A stretch of DNA of 45,122 bases from a virus (Duplodnaviria > Caudoviricetes): positions 1 to 45,122 of IMG/VR virus record IMGVR_UViG_3300022173_000106; one strand, written 5' to 3'. The position numbers were made by a program, and so were the translations under genes. This document shows positions 1-8,323 of the stretch, piece by piece. Positions within the stretch are counted from its first letter, which is position 1. The number at the start of each line of letters is the position of its first letter. The notes beneath the pieces were generated by a model. It had not been told where the DNA came from and searched no databases. It worked only from the letters and a program-made list of their open reading frames with translations.

Positions 1-1
1 A

Positions 2-55
2 GGGGCACCCCTAGATTTATGCGCGTGTGTACTATTTGGCCCAAAGGAGTATTTC
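2..55. repeat. Terminal direct repeat, left copy (54 nt), probably a circular-assembly overlap
   Basis: ggggcacccctagatttatgcgcgtgtgtactatttggcccaaaggagtatttc is identical to 45069-45122. Confidence 0.95.
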
Positions 56-117
56 GCGGCGCTGAAAAAATCAAGGTGATATTCCATAATACTATGGAAA
101 CCCCAACTGACAGCCGT

Positions 118-140
118 ATCGCGCAAGAAAATTACGTGAT
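118..140. promoter_or_regulatory. Palindromic protein-binding site abutting the terS -35 box
   Basis: ATCGCGCAA-gaaaa-TTACGTGAT; four related copies lie at 44783-45028. Confidence 0.6.
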
Positions 141-167
141 TGACATGAGTATTAGACTTTGTATAAC
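140..167 (+). promoter_or_regulatory. Sigma70-type promoter for the packaging operon
   Basis: TTGACA (140-145), 16-nt spacer, TATAAC (162-167), just upstream of ATG 177. Confidence 0.65.
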
Positions 168-176
168 ATCCCTCTG

Positions 177-779
177 ATGGAACAGGACAATGCTCTCGCA
201 ATCCCGATGCCCACCGATGAAGAACTCGGCCCGGCCATGCGGAAACTCAACGACCGGCAGAAGCGGTATGTGATCGCTTGGCTCATGGAACCCTCCTCTC
301 AAGGTCACAGCCGCGCTGTCCGCATCGCAGGTTATGGCAACGGAAACTCAAACAGCGAGAGGCAGCAAGCGTGGCTCCTGTCGCACAACCCTCGTGTCAT
401 GGCGGCGGTCAAAGAGGAAGCCGACCGACGCATGAAATACGGCGCGATCATCGCGGCCTCCCGGCTGCTGGAGTTCGTGGAAGACAAAACTCACAAAGAC
501 AGTTTCAAGGCGACGGTTGAAATGCTCAATCGGGCTGGCCTCATTGTCGAAACGCAACACAGGGTCATCGTGGAAAACGACGATAACATGCTGTCCGCCA
601 TTGAGCGGGTGAAGGTGCAGGCGCACAAGCTGGGTCTCGATCCGGTGATGCTACTGGGGAAAATCGGGATCACCCTCGACACCGAGGGGAACCCTGTAAA
701 CAACAACGCACCCGACCGGGTGAACGCGGTGGATGCTGAGTTCACCGAAGTCGAGGGTGATGACGAATGGACGGTATAG
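177..779 (+). CDS. terS: Terminase small subunit
   Basis: N-terminal HTH (LNDRQKRYV...AVRIAGY...AWLLSHNPRV) directly before terL; start moved to ATG 177 because the TTG at 159 lies inside the promoter. Confidence 0.8.
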   Translation: MEQDNALAIPMPTDEELGPAMRKLNDRQKRYVIAWLMEPSSQGHSRAVRIAGYGNGNSNSERQQAWLLSHNPRVMAAVKEEADRRMKYGAIIAASRLLEFVEDKTHKDSFKATVEMLNRAGLIVETQHRVIVENDDNMLSAIERVKVQAHKLGLDPVMLLGKIGITLDTEGNPVNNNAPDRVNAVDAEFTEVEGDDEWTV

Positions 780-2248
780 ATCGCGTTCAACTCGAACAGC
801 TCGCTGAGCTGAACCGGGCGCTCGAAGAAATCTCCGAGATGAAGAAGTACCGGATGATCGACTTCTTTCATCCGTATGCGAAGCAACTGGACTTCATGGA
901 GATGGGGGCGAAGCTGCGTGAGCGGCTGCTGATGGCTGGCAACCAGACCGGCAAGTCCGAGATCGGTGCCTACGAAGTCGCCTGTCACCTGACCGGCCTG
1001 TACCCCCATGGCTGGACCGGGCGGCGCTGGGACCGTCCTGTCAAAGGATGGGCAGCGGGTATCACGTCGATCTCGACCCGCGACATCGTACAGAAGAAGC
1101 TCTGCGGCGAAGCGGGCATCAAAGAGCTGTTCGGCACCGGGATGATCCCGCGCGAACTGATCCTCGACGTGTCCCTCGCTCGTGGCGTGACAGATGCCTA
1201 TGATACCATCAGTGTACGTCATGTCTCCGGGGGCGTCTCGATCCTGAAGTTCAAGTCCTACGAACAGGGACGGGCAAAGTGGCAGGGCGATACCCTCGAC
1301 TTCATCTGGTTCGATGAGGAGCCTCCGGCTGATCTGTACTCGGAAGGACTGACGCGCATCACCGCGACGATGGGTATGGTCTTCGTGACCTTCACCCCGC
1401 TGCTTGGTATGTCCGAAGTGGTCATGCGATACCTTCAGGAGAAGTCCCCTGATCGCGGTGTCGTCTCCATGACGATCAGTGATGCCCTCCACATCCCGGC
1501 AGATGAGCGATCCAAGATCATCGCAGGCTACCCGGCGCATGAACGCGAAGCCCGCGCCAAGGGTATCCCCATGCTCGGTTCAGGTCGCATCTTTGCGGTA
1601 AGCGAGGAGCTGATCCGTGAGAACACCCTTCAGTATGTCCCACCCCACTGGCCCCGCCTCTGGGCACTCGACTTCGGCATCGACCATCCGTTCGCTGCTG
1701 TCCTCGGCGCATGGGACCGGGACGCAGACATCATCCACGTTCTTCACGCCCTGAAGATGAAGGACGCGAAGATGCGCGAGCACGTTGATGCGATCATGGT
1801 CTATGATGGCAACAAGCGCGACAGCATGGGCAAATTCGCCGGGGGGAAAATCCCGGTGGCTTGGCCACAGGACGGGCATCAACGCGACCGTGGCGACCTG
1901 ACGCCGTATTCAAAGCTCTACCGCGAACAAGGTCTCAAGATGCTACCGACGCACGCCAAGTTCTCGGATGGATCGAACTCGACCGAGGCGGGTATCGCAG
2001 AGATGAACGAACGCTTCACCAGCGGGCGGCTGAAAGTTGCTGCTCATCTGGAGGAGTGGTTTTCTGAGTTCCGCCTGTACCATCGCAAGGACGGCCTGAT
2101 CGTGAAACTGAACGACGACTTGATGTCCGCTACCCGCATTTTGGTGACGGCCAAGCGGTTTGCTCAGGTTGTCAGCTATGACGACCGGGAAGGCAAGCCA
2201 AAGGTCGCTATTGCCAAGGATGTTGACTTTGACGTTTTTGATGTATAG
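767..2248 (+). CDS. terL: Terminase large subunit (P22-like)
   Basis: Walker A AGNQTGKS, Walker B FIWFDEEP, TFTPLLG coupling motif, nuclease ALDFG and NDDLMSATR. Confidence 0.96.
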   Translation: MDGIDRVQLEQLAELNRALEEISEMKKYRMIDFFHPYAKQLDFMEMGAKLRERLLMAGNQTGKSEIGAYEVACHLTGLYPHGWTGRRWDRPVKGWAAGITSISTRDIVQKKLCGEAGIKELFGTGMIPRELILDVSLARGVTDAYDTISVRHVSGGVSILKFKSYEQGRAKWQGDTLDFIWFDEEPPADLYSEGLTRITATMGMVFVTFTPLLGMSEVVMRYLQEKSPDRGVVSMTISDALHIPADERSKIIAGYPAHEREARAKGIPMLGSGRIFAVSEELIRENTLQYVPPHWPRLWALDFGIDHPFAAVLGAWDRDADIIHVLHALKMKDAKMREHVDAIMVYDGNKRDSMGKFAGGKIPVAWPQDGHQRDRGDLTPYSKLYREQGLKMLPTHAKFSDGSNSTEAGIAEMNERFTSGRLKVAAHLEEWFSEFRLYHRKDGLIVKLNDDLMSATRILVTAKRFAQVVSYDDREGKPKVAIAKDVDFDVFDV

Positions 2249-2283
2249 GTTTCCCTTGACAATCTAAAGTGGTGGTCAACACA

Positions 2284-2472
2284 ATGGCAGACATCTCTCA
2301 GAAAAATAAAGCTTCGTCCTCGGCTGCTGTTGACCTTGGGCTGGGTGACGCGCTGAAAAACCAAGTCGAAGCGGACATCCTTCTCCGCAAGAAAAAGCAG
2401 ACCGGCACGCAGGGTATGTCCATGATGTCGCCTGCGGCCACCATGCTCCTTGGCGGAATGGGTGGGGTCTGA
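2284..2472 (+). CDS. Small hypothetical protein between terL and portal
   Basis: 62-aa ORF from ATG 2284, at a position usually filled by a small head-associated gene. Confidence 0.6.
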   Translation: MADISQKNKASSSAAVDLGLGDALKNQVEADILLRKKKQTGTQGMSMMSPAATMLLGGMGGV

Positions 2473-2600
2473 TGTTCTCCGTCCTAATCGCTACCTTCGG
2501 GTGGTTAGTTGTGCTCCTCATCGCTGCTTCTGCACTCGCGGCGCTATTCGGACTGTGGGTCGTTGTTGTGATGTTAAGAGATTTGGTGCAGCATGGCTGA
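2472..2600 (+). CDS. 42-aa hydrophobic membrane peptide (not in ORF track)
   Basis: MFSVLIATFGWLVVLLIAASALAALFGLWVVVVMLRDLVQHG; TGATG overlap with the upstream stop; end overlaps the portal start. Confidence 0.6.
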   Translation: MFSVLIATFGWLVVLLIAASALAALFGLWVVVVMLRDLVQHG

Positions 2601-4305
2601 TATGAAAATTCGCAACCCTGATGCCCCAATGACGACCTATGAGCGCGACCTTGTTGCGGACATCGTGAAAGAGTTTGCGGCCATGCATTCATGGCGCACG
2701 ACCTTCTCGACGCACTGGGAGGAGGTTGCCGAACTCGTCCTGCCGACTTCGAGGAACACATTTTTCTTCGGTGCCTATAACACCCCCGGCGAGAAGAAAA
2801 CAAACCGACAGGTGGACGCAACCGGCGCGATGGCACTCAGCCGGTTCGCCGCTATTCTTGACAGCTTGCTCACCCCACGCAATATGGTCTGGCACCAACT
2901 CGCCGCGAGCAACCCGGATGTCCAGAAGGATCGCCAAGCAAAGCTCTGGTACGAAGACACAACCCGCCGACTGTTCCAGACGCGCTACTCACCACTGGCG
3001 AACTTCAGCTCACAGAACCAACAGAACTATCAGTCGCTCGGTGCCTTTGGCAATGGCGCGATGTTCATTGATGAGCTTGATGGGCGGATGCACGACAAGA
3101 CAATCGGCGTGCGCTACAAGGCAATGCCCATCGGTGAGGTCTTCTTCGCGGAGAACCATCAGGGGATCGTGGATCGTTTCGTCCGCTGGTTCCGTCTGAC
3201 CGCACAGCAGGCATACCAGAAGTTCGAGGGGAAAATCCCCATGCAGCTTCAGGCCGCTTATGATGCCAAGTCAAACGCTCTATTCGACTTCTATCACTGT
3301 GTTCGTCCGCGTACAGACTATGATCCGGCGCGGCTGGATGAGAAGGGTAAAATCTGGGGTAGCTACTACGTCTGCGTGCAGGGTCAATGCCTGATGAGCG
3401 AAGGTGGCTACAATAGCTTCCCCGCCGCCATCACACGATACGACCAGTCGCCGGGCGAAGTGTATGGACGCGGCCCGGCCATGATGGTCCTGCCTGCCCT
3501 GAAGACCCTCAATGCAGAGAAGCGGATTTTCCTGAAGGCTGGCCACCGCGCTGCCGATCCGGTGCTGCTGACCGGCGATGATGGGCTTGTCGATTTCTCG
3601 ATGCGCCCCGGCGCGTTGAATAAGGGCGGCATGAACCCGGATGGCAAACGTCTCGTGGACATCTTGCCCGCTGGTGACATCCAGATCACTCAAGAGATGA
3701 TGGGAGAGGAACGGGCGCTCATCAATGATGCCTTCCTTGTAACCCTATTCCAAATCCTGACAGAGACGCCTACGATGACCGCAACTGAGGTGATCGAGCG
3801 CACGAATGAGAAGGGCATCCTGATGGCTCCGACTGTTGGTCGCCAGCAGTCAGAATATCTCGGCCCGATGATTGACCGCGAACTCGACCTCATGTCAGAA
3901 CTTGGTCTTCTCGCGCCGATGCCCGGCATCCTTAAAGAAGCTAAGGGCGAATACCAAACTGTGTACACGTCGCCCCTGTCACGCGCTCAGCGTGCTCAGG
4001 AAGCCGCTGGTTTCATGCGTACCGTCGAAACAGTCAAGGAGCTGGTGGGTATCACAGGTGATGTCTCGTTGCTCGACCGTTTCAACTTTGATGTTGCTAT
4101 CCCTGAGATCGCGGAAATTCAGTCAACACCGATCCGTTGGATGTCGGATGATAAGCAGGTTGCGGCCAAGCAGCAGGCTCGTGCTGCGGCTCAGCAGCGC
4201 CAAGAACAAATCCAAGCTGCTCCGGCTGCGGCTGCGATAATGAAGGCCGAAACGGACGCTAAAGCTAAGGGCGTCATTCCACAAGGAAACCCGGAGGGAC
4301 AGTGA
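2593..4305 (+). CDS. Portal / head-to-tail connector (T7/BPP-1 type)
   Basis: 570 aa; motifs GEVYGRGP, MTATEVIER, YTSPLSRAQ typical of podovirus connectors. Confidence 0.93.
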   Translation: MADMKIRNPDAPMTTYERDLVADIVKEFAAMHSWRTTFSTHWEEVAELVLPTSRNTFFFGAYNTPGEKKTNRQVDATGAMALSRFAAILDSLLTPRNMVWHQLAASNPDVQKDRQAKLWYEDTTRRLFQTRYSPLANFSSQNQQNYQSLGAFGNGAMFIDELDGRMHDKTIGVRYKAMPIGEVFFAENHQGIVDRFVRWFRLTAQQAYQKFEGKIPMQLQAAYDAKSNALFDFYHCVRPRTDYDPARLDEKGKIWGSYYVCVQGQCLMSEGGYNSFPAAITRYDQSPGEVYGRGPAMMVLPALKTLNAEKRIFLKAGHRAADPVLLTGDDGLVDFSMRPGALNKGGMNPDGKRLVDILPAGDIQITQEMMGEERALINDAFLVTLFQILTETPTMTATEVIERTNEKGILMAPTVGRQQSEYLGPMIDRELDLMSELGLLAPMPGILKEAKGEYQTVYTSPLSRAQRAQEAAGFMRTVETVKELVGITGDVSLLDRFNFDVAIPEIAEIQSTPIRWMSDDKQVAAKQQARAAAQQRQEQIQAAPAAAAIMKAETDAKAKGVIPQGNPEGQ

Positions 4306-4306
4306 T

Positions 4307-4588
4307 ATGTCAATCAACCAACTGGCGATCAATACCCGCAACTTCTTGTTGCGCCGGAAGACCCACTACCAGCAAGCATTTGCAACGCCTGCTGGTCAGG
4401 AAGTCCTCCGTGATCTGATGAAATTCTGTCGTGCCAATGAAACCACGTTTCACGCCGACGCACGTATTCATGCGGCCCTTGAGGGACGGCGTGAAGTATG
4501 GTGCCGCATTCAGCAGCACCTCAACCTGAACAGTGAACAGCTCTATGCCTTGTACGGCGGGGTTCCACTGGTCGATGACAAGGACTAA
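4307..4588 (+). CDS. Bbp19-like small head protein
   Basis: F.TPAGQEVLRDL...EGRREV motif between portal and scaffold. Confidence 0.7.
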   Translation: MSINQLAINTRNFLLRRKTHYQQAFATPAGQEVLRDLMKFCRANETTFHADARIHAALEGRREVWCRIQQHLNLNSEQLYALYGGVPLVDDKD

Positions 4589-4593
4589 AATCA

Positions 4594-5484
4594 ATGGCTG
4601 ATGAAGTAATACCCCCGGCAGCGGGCACGGTTGACCCGGCAGCGGCAGCCGCAGCCGCCGCAGCCGCCGCAGCCGCCGCAGCTACCGCACCTTGGTATGG
4701 CGCTGACCCGGAAATTGCTGGCTATCTCCAGAACCGTGGCCTCGTGGACAAGCCCGTCAACGAAGTTGCTCTCTCCACGATCCGTGCTCACCGTGAAGCT
4801 GAAAAGCTGATTGGTGCCCCGGCTGCTGAAATGGTCCGCCTTCCGAAAGAAGCAACCGACGCTGATGGATGGAACAAAGTCTGGACGCGCCTCGGCAAAC
4901 CCGCCGAAGCAGCAGGCTATGAAGTTGGCGAACTCGCTACGAATGAAGCGACGAAGCCGATGGCTGATTTTCTCCGCGCCACGGCGCATAAGCACGGCCT
5001 GCCCAAAGCGATGGGTGAAGCCGTGATCCGTGACATCGTTGAGCACAATGGCAAGACAGCGGCTGAAAAGCTGGTTGCCGATCAGGCCGCTGTGCAGGTT
5101 GAGCGCGATGCGATGCGCAAAGAGCTTGGCCAAAATTATGATGTGAGCATGGCGGTCGCAAAGCGTGCGGCTGAAAAGCTGGGCATCACACCCGAAGCCA
5201 TCACAGCTTTGGAGAAGGTCTCCGGCTATACGGCGGTGATGAAAATGTTTATCAACATCGGTTCTAAGATCGGTGAAGATAAATTCATCACGAGCGAGCA
5301 CACGGGCGGTATCGTGACGGCGGAAGCCGCCAAAGACCGCATTGCCGCGTTGAAGGCTGATAAGGTTTGGACACAAGCCTATCTCAACGGTGACACTGCA
5401 AAAGTCAAGGAATTGACTGATCTTCTGACCGTTGCGAACGGCGGCGATGACACGGAAGCCAGCCGCGCCCGGACGGGCCGGTAA
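4594..5484 (+). CDS. Capsid assembly scaffolding protein
   Basis: Position before the capsid gene; PW...AEKLIG...W..LGKP and IGEDKF motifs; helical, Ala-rich. Confidence 0.8.
   Translation: MADEVIPPAAGTVDPAAAAAAAAAAAAAAATAPWYGADPEIAGYLQNRGLVDKPVNEVALSTIRAHREAEKLIGAPAAEMVRLPKEATDADGWNKVWTRLGKPAEAAGYEVGELATNEATKPMADFLRATAHKHGLPKAMGEAVIRDIVEHNGKTAAEKLVADQAAVQVERDAMRKELGQNYDVSMAVAKRAAEKLGITPEAITALEKVSGYTAVMKMFINIGSKIGEDKFITSEHTGGIVTAEAAKDRIAALKADKVWTQAYLNGDTAKVKELTDLLTVANGGDDTEASRARTGR
4638..4683 (+). repeat. (GCAGCCGCC)n tandem repeat encoding a poly-Ala run in the scaffold
   Basis: gcagccgccgcagccgccgcagccgccgca seen directly; 15 consecutive Ala. Confidence 0.85.
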
Positions 5485-5502
5485 TAAAATTACAAAAGGG
5501 TG

Positions 5503-5531
5503 TTGACAGGCTTTCCTGTCTGCACTAGCTT
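5503..5531 (+). promoter_or_regulatory. Sigma70-type promoter for the capsid operon with overlapping inverted repeat
   Basis: TTGACA-17 nt-TAGCTT; GACAGG(5505-5510)/CCTGTC(5515-5520) dyad overlaps the -35 box. Confidence 0.65.
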
Positions 5532-5540
5532 CAGGATGAA

Positions 5541-5675
5541 CCAGCCGGAAACGCGGCCCGTAGGGAAAGTGGAAATCACGTCCCGCCCAGCGGCAAAAGC
5601 GATCCGGCTGGACATTCCCTGCGAGACCCGCGAACGCGGACGTAGGGAACGCGGCCACCGTAAGGACACGGCCAC
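5541..5675 (+). ncRNA. Candidate structured 5' leader RNA of the major capsid gene
   Basis: Stems CCAGCCGGA/TCCGGCTGG, TTCCCTGCG/CGTAGGGAA and GGCC-A-CC-GTAA-GG-ACAC-GGCC; three AACGCGG..CGTARGGA repeats. Confidence 0.5.
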
Positions 5676-5712
5676 TAGAGTTGTGAACGTGAACCAATAG
5701 GATGGCATTGCC

Positions 5713-6630
5713 ATGAGCGAAAATCTTTTTCAACTGTTTACCACGCAGTTCAGCACGAACATCGAACTCCTGCTTCAGCAAATGGGTTCCAAGTTCCGTG
5801 GTCGCGTGACCGAAGGTTTCTATACTGCCAAGATGGCATCCCCGATCAATCAGGTCGGCGCGATCCAGCTCAAGGCACCTGCCGGTCGCTTCGCCCCCAA
5901 GAACCGTCAGGACGCTGAACTTAAGCGTCGTTGGGTCTTCCCGCAGGACGGTGAAATCGACCAGCTCATCGACAGCTTCGATGAACTCAAGACCATCGTT
6001 GATCCGAAGTCGGTCTATGCACAGAACGCCACCAATGCGGTCGGTCGTGCATGGGATGACGCGATCATCGTGGCGGCTACTGCAATCGCCCAGCTCGGTG
6101 TGGACGCTGGCTCGTTGGTCCCTGAGACCTTCGATACAACGGCATACCGCATCGCGGACAGCTTTGGTGCTTCCGCTGCAACCGGCCTCACGGTCGCCAA
6201 GCTCATTGAAGCGAAGCGCATCCTGAAGCACAACCATGTCGATCTCGATACCGATCCGGTGTCGCTGGCGATGGGTTCGCAGCAGGAAGCTGATCTGCTC
6301 AAGCAGGTTCAGGTGGTCTCGTCTGAATACAACGACCGCCCGGTCCTTGTCGAAGGTCGCATCAAACGCTTCCTTGGCTTCGACATCATCGACAGCGAGC
6401 GCCTGCCGACCTTCACGACCAACACTCGTGGTGTGCTCGCCTTCGCCCGCTCCGGCCTGCATCTCGGTATGTGGAAAGAAACGACCAACCGTGTTTCAAT
6501 CCGCAACGACCTGTCGGGTGAGCCTTACGATCTCTACACGTCCGCTTCCTTCGGCGCTACCCGCACGCAGCCCGGCAAGGTTCTCCAGATCGCGTGCCTC
6601 GATACAACGGGAGCAGACATCACTCCGTAA
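5713..6630 (+). CDS. Major capsid protein
   Basis: 305 aa; QFSTNIELLLQQMGSK, A.GRA.DD.II, FLGF....SERLP and GATR....V motifs of BPP-1-like capsids. Confidence 0.9.
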   Translation: MSENLFQLFTTQFSTNIELLLQQMGSKFRGRVTEGFYTAKMASPINQVGAIQLKAPAGRFAPKNRQDAELKRRWVFPQDGEIDQLIDSFDELKTIVDPKSVYAQNATNAVGRAWDDAIIVAATAIAQLGVDAGSLVPETFDTTAYRIADSFGASAATGLTVAKLIEAKRILKHNHVDLDTDPVSLAMGSQQEADLLKQVQVVSSEYNDRPVLVEGRIKRFLGFDIIDSERLPTFTTNTRGVLAFARSGLHLGMWKETTNRVSIRNDLSGEPYDLYTSASFGATRTQPGKVLQIACLDTTGADITP

Positions 6631-6640
6631 GCGAGATGAT

Positions 6641-6662
6641 GGGGGTGGCTTCGGCCACCTCC
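6641..6662 (+). terminator. UUCG-capped hairpin after the capsid gene (stabiliser or weak terminator)
   Basis: GGGGGTGGC-TTCG-GCCACCTCC; no U-tract. Confidence 0.5.
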
Positions 6663-6700
6663 TGACCCTCACCCTTCCGTAGAGATCATAGGAAATTCAC

Positions 6701-7228
6701 ATGGGCACTTCAGTTCTCAAATCCGCCGTCATCACCAACCTCGACGCCGTTCCTCCGGTTCCGAATACGACTGGCAAGGGTGCAGCCGGTGCGCTTCGTG
6801 TTGTCAATGGTTACATCACAACCGTTGCGGCTGACGACACCAGCTCGACATACCGTTTGGTCCGCCTCCCCTCGGCTGCGGTGGTGAAGCATATCATCTT
6901 TGAAGCTGCCGCGATGGCAGGCAGCTCCGCAGTCCACGTTGGCCTGTTCTACAGCGACGCCACGAATGACGGAACGCAGCCTGCCCTTCAGGGCACCGTG
7001 ATCGACGCCGATTTCTTCGGCCAGAGTATTTCGGTGGTGAACGCCGTGGTGCCGACAGACATTGTGGGCGAAGGTGGCTTCTACACGCTGAACGAACGCA
7101 ATCTGCCGCTCTGGCAGGCAGCGGGCCTTACCGCCGATCCGGGTGGCTTCTTTGATGTCGTGGTTTCCGTTTCGGCCACGATCAACACGGGCGCTCTCCT
7201 CGGCGTCGAAGCCCAGTACGTCGATTAA
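6701..7228 (+). CDS. Capsid decoration/cement-like virion protein
   Basis: 175 aa beta-rich ORF right after the capsid gene; DADFF and LWQAAGL.ADPG motifs. Confidence 0.65.
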   Translation: MGTSVLKSAVITNLDAVPPVPNTTGKGAAGALRVVNGYITTVAADDTSSTYRLVRLPSAAVVKHIIFEAAAMAGSSAVHVGLFYSDATNDGTQPALQGTVIDADFFGQSISVVNAVVPTDIVGEGGFYTLNERNLPLWQAAGLTADPGGFFDVVVSVSATINTGALLGVEAQYVD

Positions 7229-7236
7229 CGAGGTCT

Positions 7237-7303
7237 CCCCGGCGCTACCCCATATGTGTGAGCGGTCCCCTCCCCGCAACATCACTGAAGGGTAGCGCCG
7301 GGG
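7237..7303. repeat. Perfect 14-bp inverted repeat (long RNA stem)
   Basis: CCCCGGCGCTACCC (7237-7250) / GGGTAGCGCCGGGG (7290-7303). Confidence 0.8.
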
Positions 7304-7332
7304 CAGCTACCCCTCAAACCTGAGAGAGCCAC

Positions 7333-7788
7333 ATGGCACGCCCCACATACATCGCCACCATCCTTCCTGTTGCACCTTATGCCACGTCCGCACCGGATGT
7401 GACTGTTGCTGTCAGTGAGTACGCAGCCAGCGTTGATGTGGTCGTGGGTCTGGTGGACGACCTTGACGCAGCCAAGCCCGATCAGACGGGTGTGGAAGCT
7501 GCTGTCGCCACTCTTGAGGCAGACGCGGCTTCTCCGACAGAAGCTCACGTTGATGCCCTGCGCGGCCAATGGGACACTTTCGTCACCGCAGCGAACGGTT
7601 TGAACACCCTCATTGACGCTGCCATTCTCGCAGCAGACGCTCTTGATGTGGCCCCCGTTGATGCATCTGTCGCTTCGGACGTGACACTCCTGTTCAATGC
7701 TGATACAGTCGTCACACGATATCAACTTACGGTAGCCTTGCGAGCCATCCAAGAAGTGCTCAAAGGCTCCAATGTTCTGACAGAATAA
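7333..7788 (+). CDS. Hypothetical virion protein
   Basis: 151 aa acidic, Ala/Val-rich ORF in the head-tail operon. Confidence 0.7.
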   Translation: MARPTYIATILPVAPYATSAPDVTVAVSEYAASVDVVVGLVDDLDAAKPDQTGVEAAVATLEADAASPTEAHVDALRGQWDTFVTAANGLNTLIDAAILAADALDVAPVDASVASDVTLLFNADTVVTRYQLTVALRAIQEVLKGSNVLTE

Positions 7789-7799
7789 GGACGGCGACA

Positions 7800-8012
7800 A
7801 TGGCAGACCTCTATATCGGCTTCAATGTGGGCGCAGATTACTCGCCCGATAAAGCCACAGTTGGTTCCTCGACCGGCAGCACTGATGTCGAAGTCCGTAT
7901 CGACCTGACCAAGCTCGATGGCAAGACCAAGACACGCCTTGATGTGAACCTGATCCTCGAAGCAGTCGAGCGGGTCATCAACGATGGTCGCACCGCCACG
8001 TTGCTGGGGTAA
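7800..8012 (+). CDS. Small hypothetical virion protein
   Basis: 70 aa, TAAGGA Shine-Dalgarno, tight packing. Confidence 0.7.
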   Translation: MADLYIGFNVGADYSPDKATVGSSTGSTDVEVRIDLTKLDGKTKTRLDVNLILEAVERVINDGRTATLLG

Positions 8013-8017
8013 GGCTC

Positions 8018-8302
8018 ATGGCACTCGAAGCAACAGAAACACTCGCTTTAGCCGAAGATCAGACCGGCGCTCTCACCGACGCTGGGAAGCCAGTTCTCGG
8101 TGGCAACTACGCCATCGTCGCGTCCGGCACCATCGGCACCAGCGTTCTTGAAATCAAGAACCCGCATGGCGACTGGGTGCCTTATGGGGACGCTCTCGCA
8201 GCCGGGTGGGTCAACATCCACTTGCCAGCGGGCCTTGTCCGCGCTAACCTCGGTGCCGGTGCATCAGCCGCATACGTTTACGCCAGCCGCATCCCGAACT
8301 AA
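8018..8302 (+). CDS. Small hypothetical virion protein
   Basis: 94 aa beta-rich ORF, tight packing. Confidence 0.7.
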   Translation: MALEATETLALAEDQTGALTDAGKPVLGGNYAIVASGTIGTSVLEIKNPHGDWVPYGDALAAGWVNIHLPAGLVRANLGAGASAAYVYASRIPN

Positions 8303-8323
8303 CTGGCGGTAGGAGTTCCGCCA

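Noticed and set aside
1-55. Biological direct terminal repeat
   Set aside because: 54 nt fits a k=55 assembly overlap; cannot be called a physical terminus without reads
4591-6462. 623-aa minus-strand ORF (also 491-1540, 17101-18861, 19021-19968)
   Set aside because: Antisense shadows of well-supported genes, expected from biased codon use in GC-rich DNA; no motifs
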